The notes under the pieces: model-generated
Seen by the model: the letters and a program-made list of their open reading frames with translations, nothing else
What the model was told of the DNA's origin: nothing
The model's database searches: none
Translations under genes and position numbers: made by a program
Part shown: one piece after another, positions 28,105 to 37,533 of the stretch
Position numbering within the stretch: position 1 is the first letter of the stretch
Layout of the letters: every line of letters begins with the position of its first letter
Source: Oceanispirochaeta sp.
Lineage (GTDB): Bacteria > Spirochaetota > Spirochaetia > DSM-2461
Length of the DNA stretch: 64,000 bases
Direction of reading: 5' to 3'
Assembly (NCBI GenBank): GCA_963666275.2
Contig: CAXXOA010000002.1
Coordinates: forward strand, 1,152,001-1,216,000

Positions 28105-28568
28105 ACCCATACCACCTTTTTATCCTTTGCTTTTTTAAAAAACCTTCCCAATAGGGATAGTAAGGGAGCCGCAGGCTGTGTTCGTAAGAACACCGGAGCC
28201 CTGCATAGCCCGGCCCCCGGCAGGGGGATTTGCCATCTATCGGAACAATGGATTCATGACTCACCCGGAGGTATCATATTTTCCGGAAATTATCACTCGA
28301 CACAGCAGAAAAACAGATTGGATCACCCCTGCCGCTCGAAACAGAACCGTTACAGCTTTTGAAATGCACCAATCTTCATAAGGGTACCCCGAACCACCGG
28401 ACTTTCCTATACTAACTTTAGTTAGCATGTAAACTATATAAATGATTAAAATATATGAAGATAGGAATTTTCCCCGATTTCCTGACCGGGAAAAACCGCC
28501 CGGAAATATATACAGCCGCAAGAACCGGGCATACAATATTTCAAGTAATCCAACCCAAGGAGATATCC

Positions 28569-29135
28569 ATGATATTACCCCAGACAAAACAATCAGAACT
28601 GCCGAAAGAAGCTGCCTTTACAGACAGGATGTGGAACGACCTGGTAGACCGGACCGCCGGACTGTTCCATTTCGATGACCCCCGGAAGGAGAAGATGGCA
28701 AACCATCAGGTTATGAAGCTGGTGGGGGCGCTGCCTTTTCTGGCGGGCTGCCGCAACCCTTACAGGATCGCCCTGAGTCATCTGGCTACCTATGTGATGG
28801 CCGCCTCGGAAGGAGGGAAGGACCTGTTTCTCCACAGCTTTGCCGACAACAGCGATCTGTTTTCCCGGCTGGAGAGGATCAGTCATTTTGACGGAGGAGA
28901 TCCCGCGGTGATTCAGCGGGGGATGAATCTGCTGGCCCTGGCCATGCTGGAGGACCACCGCAAAGACAGCCTGGAGGACAGGCAGAACAGGAAATACAAC
29001 CCCCTGAACGCCGGCGCCTGGGACTATGAAAAAATGGCAGGGGAACTGAAAAAAGCGATAGCCAGTGTCGACTGTCCCGGCATGGAGCAGATCCTCTCTT
29101 CGGGCCCCGGGCCGGACGGGTACTGGGACGTTTGA
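28569..29135 (+). CDS. Hypothetical protein with isoprenoid-synthase-like acidic motif
   Basis: RBS AAGGAG before ATG 28569; DHRKDSLEDRQNRKYNPL; C-terminus DGYWDV. Confidence 0.7.
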   Translation: MILPQTKQSELPKEAAFTDRMWNDLVDRTAGLFHFDDPRKEKMANHQVMKLVGALPFLAGCRNPYRIALSHLATYVMAASEGGKDLFLHSFADNSDLFSRLERISHFDGGDPAVIQRGMNLLALAMLEDHRKDSLEDRQNRKYNPLNAGAWDYEKMAGELKKAIASVDCPGMEQILSSGPGPDGYWDV

Positions 29136-29166
29136 TTCGTACGCCCAAATCGATTACAACTAGGGA

Positions 29167-30051
29167 ATGATTAAAAATGAAATATTACGAATCCAATACA
29201 GAATAGCTCTATTAGTCTCTACCGTAGGAATTACGGTTACCTTTCTGAATATCATTCTCCTTATATCCGCCCGGGGAAGGACACTTCTCCAGGCGGTTGT
29301 TCATCCCTCGGTGCTTCTTGTCTTCCTCTTTTCCCTGCTGCTTTTCCTGACCAGGAAAAACCGGGGCACCTATGTGCGGTATCTGCAGGTCTTTATCTTT
29401 CTGGCCAACGCCGCGGTGGCCCTGCTGGACCAGTACGACTCCTTTGCGGGCATGGGGTTTGCCATCCTTTCGCTGATCCTGGCCTACAGGTACGGGCTTC
29501 TGAAAAAACGGACCAAACTGAAGCTCCTGCTTCTCGCCGGTTTTTTTCTTTTCATACTGGAGTTTTCCATAGTCCGGAAAGGGGGAGACCACATAGGATC
29601 CAGCATTAATATTCTGATGTACCTGGGCTTTTTCCTCACCATAACCTACCTGATCTATTCCAGCGAAATCAACAGGATCCTGAACATCGAGATGCAGTAT
29701 AAAAAGAGCCTGAGCGATATGGAGGAGGAAAAGCAGCAGCTGGCCCGGGACATCCAGGCCCACCACAGGGATATCCGGGACAAACAGAGCCGGATCAGCG
29801 AACTGGAAGACCGGATCCAGCGGCTCACCCCGCCGGATAAAACCCTGGATTTTTCGGAATTCCGCATTACCCCCAAAGAGGAGGAAGTGATCCGGGAATT
29901 CTGCCTGAATACCCACCTGACCAATAAGGAGATCGCCCATAACCTGGGCCTGACCACGGGGACGGTGAAACAGCACTTCAACCGGATCTTCCGCAAAATG
30001 GGAATCCGCTCCCGGCAGGAACTGCTAGACAAATGCCGTTGGAATTTCTGA
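29167..30051 (+). CDS. Membrane-bound LuxR-type transcriptional regulator (multi-TM, coiled coil, HTH)
   Basis: 5-6 hydrophobic segments; ITPKEEEV...TNKEIAHNLGLTTGTVKQHFNRIFRKMG. Confidence 0.85.
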   Translation: MIKNEILRIQYRIALLVSTVGITVTFLNIILLISARGRTLLQAVVHPSVLLVFLFSLLLFLTRKNRGTYVRYLQVFIFLANAAVALLDQYDSFAGMGFAILSLILAYRYGLLKKRTKLKLLLLAGFFLFILEFSIVRKGGDHIGSSINILMYLGFFLTITYLIYSSEINRILNIEMQYKKSLSDMEEEKQQLARDIQAHHRDIRDKQSRISELEDRIQRLTPPDKTLDFSEFRITPKEEEVIREFCLNTHLTNKEIAHNLGLTTGTVKQHFNRIFRKMGIRSRQELLDKCRWNF

Positions 30052-31257
30052 CAGCTCTTCTCTGAAGACAGACTTTTTTTCGCTCCCGTATATCCGGGCA
30101 TCCTGATCTATCCTGTAGATCATTACCTTCATCCGGCATCCGATCAGATTTTCCGGTTTGCCCTCCATCGTGTCCTTGAGTTCGGTAAAGGGAATCAACA
30201 CCTCGAACCTGTTATTCAGCTTTCCCAGAAGAAAGGTTTCGAATCTTTCCAGCACCTCTACAGAAACCAGGGTATATACCTCGGGAAATCCCCGCATACT
30301 CCGGGGATCCTGAGACTCATCCCGGCGGCTCAGGATCAGCCGGCCCCGTTTCAGGTCGATCTCCTTTAAAAGCAGACTGTACTCCCGGCCTTCCTCAAAT
30401 TCCGGGGGAGGGTCCATCAGATTCCAGCTGAAGTCCTCCCTGTACATCACACCCTTCAGGCCCCTGAAGTCCAGGATCACCGCCTCGGAAAACTGTCTGA
30501 CCACCCGGCAGAGCAGGAGCTCTCCCGCTTCCAGCTCAAGCCTCCTCATGTTCAGCTCAAAATCGATCCGTTTTTCCGAAGAAACCGCAGAGGACAGGCG
30601 CCTGACCGATTCGGTCCGGTTCGGGCTGTCGATAAGATAGAACCGGTCGCAGCAGATCCAGCTCTCTTCGCTGGGCTCTTCCCCGTTTTTATGATAGATC
30701 CCGATCCGGATATGGGGAGACAGGTAGAACCTCCGGGAGGGATCCGTCAGGAAGTGGATCAGTCCTGTTACCTCTTCGGTCAGGTCCACGCTGCACAGGG
30801 GGAGTTCCTTCAGCTCCGGGAGCAGGATATTCATCATCAGGCCCCTGTCATCCAGATCGGTAAGCTGGCTGTATAAATGCAGGATATCCGCTTTTCCCCG
30901 GATCGGGGCAAGATACTCTTTTTCGAAGATCCCGGTTCCTTTTTGTCCCATGGAAAGGGCCAATCCTCTTAACAGGGCCAGTTCCAGAGCTTTATTCAGA
31001 ACCGTCGAAATCTGTCTGAAACTCCTTTTATAGCTGCGATACAGAAAATGCGAAAAAGCCCGGAGAACCATGGGCGGCTCATCTTCCGCGTTATTGAGTA
31101 CGGGGATAATGAGTTTTTCCCGGTTGATCCTGTAGGATTCAAGATTTTCGGGGCTGATCCATTTGATTCTGAAAAGAGAGTTCCTGTTTTTCAGATAGTT
31201 TATGAGGCTGTTGTGATAGGCGGCATTCAGACGAAATCGTTTGTATCCTGATAACAT
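30025..31257 (-). CDS. Protein with C-terminal S1 RNA-binding domains
   Basis: ILDFRGLKGVMYREDFSW...EIDLKRGRLILSRR S1-like pattern, plus a second degenerate repeat. Confidence 0.65.
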   Translation of the reverse strand: MLSGYKRFRLNAAYHNSLINYLKNRNSLFRIKWISPENLESYRINREKLIIPVLNNAEDEPPMVLRAFSHFLYRSYKRSFRQISTVLNKALELALLRGLALSMGQKGTGIFEKEYLAPIRGKADILHLYSQLTDLDDRGLMMNILLPELKELPLCSVDLTEEVTGLIHFLTDPSRRFYLSPHIRIGIYHKNGEEPSEESWICCDRFYLIDSPNRTESVRRLSSAVSSEKRIDFELNMRRLELEAGELLLCRVVRQFSEAVILDFRGLKGVMYREDFSWNLMDPPPEFEEGREYSLLLKEIDLKRGRLILSRRDESQDPRSMRGFPEVYTLVSVEVLERFETFLLGKLNNRFEVLIPFTELKDTMEGKPENLIGCRMKVMIYRIDQDARIYGSEKKSVFREELSEIPTAFV

Positions 31258-31258
31258 G

Positions 31259-31552
31259 CTAAAACGAACCCTTCAGGGATTCCCGGCAGACCGTACTGCG
31301 GCAGCAGAAATGGTACCGGCCGTCCAGGATGGCAAGGTATCCGACCTCATCTTCTCTCAGGGCTTTGCCGCAGCAGAGGCAGTGCCCGGTCCCTTCCGGA
31401 AGGAGCGCCTTTAAGTCACTGCCGAGAATCCCGGGCAGATCATAAACACTCCCCTGAGGGGGATTTTTTATATATCTGCTGACGGCGAAGTCCAGCAGCT
31501 CTTTGAATCTTTTAAGGGGACGCTCTGTGGTGTTTTTTCTGATATGTTTCAT
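31259..31552 (-). CDS. Small Cys-rich hypothetical protein
   Basis: CLCCG...FCCRSTVC putative metal-binding motif; adjacent to the S1 gene. Confidence 0.55.
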   Translation of the reverse strand: MKHIRKNTTERPLKRFKELLDFAVSRYIKNPPQGSVYDLPGILGSDLKALLPEGTGHCLCCGKALREDEVGYLAILDGRYHFCCRSTVCRESLKGSF

Positions 31553-31810
31553 GATTCCCGAACTCTTTTTTTCTATATGACTTATTTAATCTTAATACCG
31601 GAACCGGGGAAGAAACAGACTAACTTTAGTTACAGACCGTCCGGAAGGGGGCCTGAAACCGTCCGGAGCCTGCTGGAAATGCCATGACCCGGGGGAAAAT
31701 GCCCATTCACAGGCAAATGGTCTGGAATGACCCGGTCTCTATATAGATTATCTTTCGCTAATAGAGTACTGTTCTCTGACTCCCTGAAGGGGAGGGAAAG
31801 GAAGACATTA

Positions 31811-33640
31811 ATGCCACATAACAACTCATATAATAAAGATTTGCGGAATATAGCCATAATCGCTCACGTAGACCACGGGAAAACCACACTGGTAGACTCC
31901 ATGTTCAGCCAGAGCGGGGTATTTCGGGAAGGTCAGGAAGCGGCAGAGCGCCTGATGGACAATATGGACCTGGAGCGGGAGCGGGGAATTACCATTGCCG
32001 CCAAAAACTGTTCGATCATGTGGAAAGGGGTGAAAGTCAATATACTGGACACCCCCGGGCATGCCGACTTCGGCGGGGAAGTGGAACGGGCTCTGTCCAT
32101 GGTGGACGGGGTAGTGCTGCTTGTGGACGCCTCTGAAGGCCCCCTGCCTCAGACTCGGTTTGTACTGACAAAAGCCCTGCAGGCCGGACTGGCTGTTGTG
32201 GTGGTTATCAATAAAATAGACCGGGCCGATGCGAGGCCCGAGCAGGTTCTGAGCGAAGTTTACGACCTGCTGATCGATCTGGATGCCCATGAGGATCAGC
32301 TGGAATGCCCGGTTCTGTTTGCCGACGGAAGAGCGGGAATCGCCAAGAAAGATCTGGCTGACGAGGTGGATAACCTGCATGTTCTGCTGGATACCATTGT
32401 TGATGAGGTTCCGCCTCCCTCCTATAACGACGCCGAGCCCTTTCAGATGCTTGTAACAGACCTGTCCTATTCGGACTATCTGGGACGTCTGGCGATCGGT
32501 AAGGTAGTCCACGGGACAGTCAAATCCCGGGATGCCCTGGTCTGTCTGAAGGAAGAGGGAAAGCAGATTCCCCTGAATGTATCGAAGCTTCAGGTTTACG
32601 AAGGACCCGCTCTGGGAGAGACCGAAACAGCCGCTCCCGGTGAGATCGTTGTTCTGGCGGGTATAGAGAATGTCCATATCGGCGACACCATCTGTACCAA
32701 AAGCTCTCCCAAGGCACTGCCCCGGATTACAGTGGACGAGCCTACTGTTGCCATGCGGTTTTCTCCCAACTCCTCACCCACTCTGGGACAGGAGGGAAAG
32801 TTTGTTCAGTCCAGCAAAATCCGGGAACGCCTTGAAAAGGAAACCATGCTGAACGTGTCCATCAAGGTGGAGCAGATGACCGACAAGGAAGGGTTTATCG
32901 TCAAGGGCCGGGGAGAATTTCAGATGGTTATTCTGATTGAAACCATGCGGAGGGAAGGATTCGAACTCTGTGTGGGTCGGCCCGAAGTGATTTTTCACTA
33001 CAAAGACGGAAAGAAACTGGAGCCCATTGAACACCTCTATGTGGACTGTGAAGAGACCTTTACAGGAATCGTGACAGAGAAACTTTCCAAACGGAAAGGC
33101 CGGATGCTGAGCTATGTGAACCACGAGCACGGACGGGTGCGCCTGGAGTTTTCGGTTCCCTCACGGGCTCTGATCGGATACAGGGACGAGTTCCTCACCG
33201 ATACGAGAGGAACAGGAATTATGAACTCCTATATTTCGGACTACGAAGAGTACCGGGGAGACTTTCCCGACCGGTTTACAGGATCCCTTGTGGCCGACCG
33301 GTCCGGCGAGGCCGTACCCTACGCCCTTTACAACCTGGAACCCCGGGGGCAGCTCTTTATTACTCCCGGCGACATTGTGTATGAGGGCATGATCGTGGGT
33401 GAACACAACCGGGATAACGACCTGAATGTGAACCCCTGTAAAACCAAAAAGCTCTCCAATGTGCGGGCCTCCGGAAAAGACGACGCTGTTGTCCTGACCC
33501 CTGTCCTGCCCATGACTCTGGAACGGGCCATCCAGTTTATCCGGGATGACGAACTGATGGAGGTAACTCCCAAGTCCATCCGTCTGCGGAAAGCTGTTCT
33601 GGCCGCTACTGAAAGAAAGGTTCTGGATAAGCGGAACTGA
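31811..33640 (+). CDS. typA: Translational GTPase TypA/BipA
   Basis: [50 protein letters not shown]. Confidence 0.97.
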   Translation: MPHNNSYNKDLRNIAIIAHVDHGKTTLVDSMFSQSGVFREGQEAAERLMDNMDLERERGITIAAKNCSIMWKGVKVNILDTPGHADFGGEVERALSMVDGVVLLVDASEGPLPQTRFVLTKALQAGLAVVVVINKIDRADARPEQVLSEVYDLLIDLDAHEDQLECPVLFADGRAGIAKKDLADEVDNLHVLLDTIVDEVPPPSYNDAEPFQMLVTDLSYSDYLGRLAIGKVVHGTVKSRDALVCLKEEGKQIPLNVSKLQVYEGPALGETETAAPGEIVVLAGIENVHIGDTICTKSSPKALPRITVDEPTVAMRFSPNSSPTLGQEGKFVQSSKIRERLEKETMLNVSIKVEQMTDKEGFIVKGRGEFQMVILIETMRREGFELCVGRPEVIFHYKDGKKLEPIEHLYVDCEETFTGIVTEKLSKRKGRMLSYVNHEHGRVRLEFSVPSRALIGYRDEFLTDTRGTGIMNSYISDYEEYRGDFPDRFTGSLVADRSGEAVPYALYNLEPRGQLFITPGDIVYEGMIVGEHNRDNDLNVNPCKTKKLSNVRASGKDDAVVLTPVLPMTLERAIQFIRDDELMEVTPKSIRLRKAVLAATERKVLDKRN

Positions 33641-33746
33641 CAGGATCTGCCCGGGGAGAGGGCATAACAGCTCCTCCCCGGGCGGTCTGCCGGACTGCCG
33701 CTCTTTTCCAATTGATATTAATCTTATTTAAACTATAATATTAACC

Positions 33747-34187
33747 GTGTTTAAACTGAATGACTGTGTAACCTATATCGCCTCGAACGCCCTGAAGGAT
33801 ATCACCGAGAAATTCAATGATCTCCTGGTGGAGAAGGGCTCTACACGATCCCAGTGGATCGCCCTGTACTTCATTGCCAATCACAAGGGCATCAATCAGA
33901 CCGAACTGGCCGACAAGATGAATATAAAAACACCCACTCTGGTCAGGCTGATTGATAAACTGGAACAGGACGGGTTTATCTTCCGGCAGCAGGATCAGAC
34001 CAACCGGCGGATTATCCGTCTGGAGTGTACGCAACGGGGCTATGAGAAGAACCTCTCTCTGCTTCCCGTGGGGGAGACCTTCTCTCAGGACATAACCCGG
34101 GGGATTCCCGATGAAGAACTGGATGCCTTTGTGGCTGTTCTTTCCAAGCTCCTGGGGAATCTGAAAGAAATTGATAAAAAATTATAG
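33747..34187 (+). CDS. MarR-family regulator
   Basis: QTELADKM...LVRLIDKLEQDGFI.R..D..NRR wHTH. Confidence 0.9.
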   Translation: MFKLNDCVTYIASNALKDITEKFNDLLVEKGSTRSQWIALYFIANHKGINQTELADKMNIKTPTLVRLIDKLEQDGFIFRQQDQTNRRIIRLECTQRGYEKNLSLLPVGETFSQDITRGIPDEELDAFVAVLSKLLGNLKEIDKKL

Positions 34188-34194
34188 TTTCCCG

Positions 34195-34250
34195 TTGACA
34201 GCTCTTTTTTTTGACTCCATAATTAGCATGCTAATAATAAGCAAGCTAAC
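34195..34250 (+). promoter_or_regulatory. Promoter and palindromic operator upstream of the CMD gene
   Basis: TTGACA-17 bp-CATAAT; perfect palindrome ATTAGCATGCTAAT at 34222-34235 plus an imperfect second copy. Confidence 0.7.
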
Positions 34251-34276
34251 ATAAACCGTGAAGATGGAGGAAGAAA

Positions 34277-34627
34277 ATGTCAAAACCCAGGGATCTGCTC
34301 AATGCTTTTATGGGAGGGCTGGAAGATCTTGGAAAAACCAATGAACCCAACCTGAATGCCTTTATGGGGCTCCTCGGCGCATCCTATGAGCCGGGAAAGA
34401 TGGATCTGAAAACAAAAGAGCTGATCAGCGTGGCCATAGGTGTCTACAACCGCTGCGAATACTGTATTGTGTTTCATGTGTATAAGGCTCTGGAGGCCGG
34501 TGCCAGCAGAGAAGAGATTATGGAAGCCGCCATGGTTTCCGTTGCCTTCGGCGGGGGCCCCACCATTGCCTATTCTGTGACCCTTATGAAAGATTCTATC
34601 GACGAATTTGAAAAAGACTTTTCCTAG
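34277..34627 (+). CDS. Carboxymuconolactone decarboxylase/AhpD-family protein
   Basis: KTKELI..AI....RCEYCI..H...ALEAGAS.EEI.EA. Confidence 0.9.
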   Translation: MSKPRDLLNAFMGGLEDLGKTNEPNLNAFMGLLGASYEPGKMDLKTKELISVAIGVYNRCEYCIVFHVYKALEAGASREEIMEAAMVSVAFGGGPTIAYSVTLMKDSIDEFEKDFS

Positions 34628-34642
34628 GATTTTTCCTGTCAT

Positions 34643-34672
34643 AGACACCGGCCCGGCCGGTGTCTTTTTTTT
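34643..34672 (+). terminator. Intrinsic terminator
   Basis: AGACACCGG-cccgg-CCGGTGTCT plus T-run. Confidence 0.8.
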
Positions 34673-34742
34673 GGGGCAGACAGGAATTCAATTCTGAATA
34701 CCCATCACTCATCAGATCATGATTTTCAAACAGGAGCGGAAC

Positions 34743-36452
34743 ATGCAGATAGAGATCATCCTCCATAAACTGAGCGGCCATGCCAAAGAGGGCACTGTGG
34801 GGGAAGTTGTAAAAAATCCGGGAGACCCCGTCACAGCGGGCGAAACCCTTATTCTAATAGAAACGGGCAAGGGGGTCGTCGAAGTCCCTGCGGAGGGAAC
34901 CGGTACGGTAGAAAGCATCCGGGTTAAAGCCGGAGAGAAGGTGAAGATCGGCCAGATTCTGGGAACCCTTTCGGGAGAGAAGGCTGCGTCGGCGGGCGCA
35001 CCGAAGAAGGAGGGATTCTCCTATTCCATAGGGCCGGCCAAACCGGTGGACCGGGAGCTGGAGTGCGATATCACCGTGATCGGAGGGGGCCCCGGGGGCT
35101 ATGTGGCGGCCATTCAGGCGGCAAAAATGGGGGCGAAAGTCATCCTTGTGGAAAAGGAGAGCCTGGGGGGAACCTGCCTCAACTGGGGCTGTATCCCCAC
35201 AAAAGCGCTGATCCGCTCGGCCGAGGTGTATCAGAATATCAAAAACGCCGAAAAGTTCGGTCTGGGGGCGGGCCACTTCCCCGCGGATATCCGGAAGATC
35301 GTCCACAGAAAGGATGAGGTTGTGAAACAGCTGGTGCAGGGGGTGGGATACCTGCTGGAACAGGACGGTGTGACCCTGCTCAAAGGTTTCGGAACCCTGG
35401 AGGACGGGAATACAGTCAAGGTGGCGGAGAGGCAGTACAACACCACTATAAAAACGGGAAAAACCATCCTGGCCACCGGGTCCTCCTCCTGTCTGCTGCC
35501 CATTCCGGGCATGGATTCGCTGAATGTGCTGACCAGCACCGAAGCCCTCTCTCTGGAGGAGCTTCCCCGGAAGATGGCCATCATCGGCGGCGGGATCATA
35601 GGCATGGAGTTTGCCTTCCTTTTCAGTAATCTGGGGGTGGAAGTGACGGTTTTCGAGTACTTCGATACGATCCTTACTGTCTTTGACGAGGACATTATTC
35701 AGACCGTGACAGCCTCGGCTTCGGAGCACGGGATCAACCTGATTACAGGGGCCAAGGTCAATCAGATTCTGGAAAATGAGAGCGGCGGCTGCATCCTCCA
35801 GTATGAGCTTCACAAAAAGGAGAAGTACGATCTTTTTGAAAAGGTCCTTGTGGCAGTGGGACGGCAGCCCTGCTATGACGGCCTGGATCTGGAGAAGAAC
35901 GGCATAGAACTGACCCCGGATAAAAAGGGAATCCAGGTGGATGAGACCCTGAAAACCTCCTGTGACAGCGTCTACGCTATCGGCGATATCACCAATAAGA
36001 TTCAGCTGGCCCATGTGGCCTCCCATCAGGGGGTGGTGGCGGCCCGGAATATCATGGGAGAGTCCTGCGCCATGGACTATCGCGTGGTACCCAGTGCGGT
36101 TTTTACCTTTCCCGAGTTTGCCACGGTGGGGATCTCCGAAAAGGATGCGGAAAAGCAGGGGCTCTCTGTCAGAACAGGGACCTTTCCCTTTGCGGCCAAC
36201 GGCAAGGCCCTGACCCTGGGAGAAAGCGAGGGTTTTGTAAAGCTCATCGAAGAGGAGGGGACCGGAGTGATCCTGGGCGGCGCCATTGTGGGCCCCCATG
36301 CGACCGACCTGATCGGGGAGATCACCCTGGCAGTGAAAAAAAGGCTGAAGAGCGAAGACATTGCCGAAACCATCCATCCCCATCCCACCTGCGGGGAGAG
36401 TATACACGAAGCTTCCCTGGCTCTGGGGCTCGGGTCGATCCATTTTGTCTGA
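34743..36452 (+). CDS. lpdA: Dihydrolipoamide dehydrogenase with N-terminal lipoyl domain
   Basis: Lipoyl motif ETGKG; GGGPGGY; GGTCLNWGCIP; HPHPT..E. Confidence 0.92.
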   Translation: MQIEIILHKLSGHAKEGTVGEVVKNPGDPVTAGETLILIETGKGVVEVPAEGTGTVESIRVKAGEKVKIGQILGTLSGEKAASAGAPKKEGFSYSIGPAKPVDRELECDITVIGGGPGGYVAAIQAAKMGAKVILVEKESLGGTCLNWGCIPTKALIRSAEVYQNIKNAEKFGLGAGHFPADIRKIVHRKDEVVKQLVQGVGYLLEQDGVTLLKGFGTLEDGNTVKVAERQYNTTIKTGKTILATGSSSCLLPIPGMDSLNVLTSTEALSLEELPRKMAIIGGGIIGMEFAFLFSNLGVEVTVFEYFDTILTVFDEDIIQTVTASASEHGINLITGAKVNQILENESGGCILQYELHKKEKYDLFEKVLVAVGRQPCYDGLDLEKNGIELTPDKKGIQVDETLKTSCDSVYAIGDITNKIQLAHVASHQGVVAARNIMGESCAMDYRVVPSAVFTFPEFATVGISEKDAEKQGLSVRTGTFPFAANGKALTLGESEGFVKLIEEEGTGVILGGAIVGPHATDLIGEITLAVKKRLKSEDIAETIHPHPTCGESIHEASLALGLGSIHFV

Positions 36453-36533
36453 CACGCCCCTTTTCAGGCCCACGGTCCGCCTCTTTTCCTGTGCTGTATA
36501 ATAGGGGAAAGATATTTTCCGGGGAGGGCGTAT

Positions 36534-37403
36534 ATGAAACAGGCAGAACTGGTTCTTGACTGCAGGAATCAGCTGGGTGAGGGGATCCTCTGGCACGAGG
36601 GGGAAGAGCGTCTCTACTGGACCGATATACAGGAACGCCTCTTGTACCGGTGGGATCCGGAAACCCCCGGGGCCGAAACCTTTCCCATGCCCGAGAGGCT
36701 CTGCTCCCTTGCCTTCCGGAAGGACGGGGGACTCCTGCTGGCTCTGGAAAGGGGAATCGCCCTGTACGATCCGGCTTCGGGAAAACTGGAGCCCCTTGTC
36801 TCTGTCCGCACATCCGGTGATCCCGTAAGACTCAACGACGGCCGCTGCGACCGGCAGGGGCGGTTTCTGGTGGGTGAGTTCGACAGGGAGGGGAAAAGCC
36901 GGGGAAAGGCCTACCGTATTGATCCGGAGGGAAGCTGTACTGAACTCTTCGGCGGTTTGAGCAGCGCCAACAGTACCTGCTTCAGCCCCCGGGGGGACCG
37001 TCTCTACTACTCCTGTGCCGAGCAGAGGCAGATCTGGTCCTTTGATTATGACAGGGAAAGAGGGATCCCCTCAAAGAGGCAGCTGTTTCATGATTTTTCC
37101 GATCAGCCCGGCCTGCCCGACGGTTCTGTTACTGATTCGCAAGGGTTCCTCTGGAATGCCCAGTGGGGAGGCGGAAGGATCGTCCGGTTCTCCCCGGACG
37201 GCCTGGTGGATCAGGTGGTGGAGCTCCCTGTGAAAAACGTCACCAGCCTCTGCTTCGGAGGGAAAGATCTGAAAACCCTTTTTATCACAACCGCCAGGGA
37301 GGGACTCGGCTCCCGGGAGCTGTCCGGAGCCCCCCATTCAGGAAGCCTGTTCAGGGTCCGCACAGAGACCGCCGGTCTCAGGGAGTCCCGTTTTGCAGGA
37401 TAG
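36534..37403 (+). CDS. SMP-30/gluconolactonase/LRE-family protein
   Basis: LGEG..W, RLNDGRCD, PDG..TDSQG.LW, FGGKDL..LFITTA. Confidence 0.92.
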   Translation: MKQAELVLDCRNQLGEGILWHEGEERLYWTDIQERLLYRWDPETPGAETFPMPERLCSLAFRKDGGLLLALERGIALYDPASGKLEPLVSVRTSGDPVRLNDGRCDRQGRFLVGEFDREGKSRGKAYRIDPEGSCTELFGGLSSANSTCFSPRGDRLYYSCAEQRQIWSFDYDRERGIPSKRQLFHDFSDQPGLPDGSVTDSQGFLWNAQWGGGRIVRFSPDGLVDQVVELPVKNVTSLCFGGKDLKTLFITTAREGLGSRELSGAPHSGSLFRVRTETAGLRESRFAG

Positions 37404-37533
37404 GCCTTCTGCTGCGGATCTCTGTTTCTTCGGTTTTTCCGCCGGGAAAACAGGTTTAATGGGGAAGGCTGAAAAAAAGAATTGCTTTTTTTTTCCGTAT
37501 CCTCAATGCTAAAGGTTTGAGGGTCCTTTATTT

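Noticed and set aside
28067..28587. Integron integrase or its remnant beside the array head
   Set aside because: None of the short ORFs shows tyrosine recombinase R-H-R-H-Y motifs.
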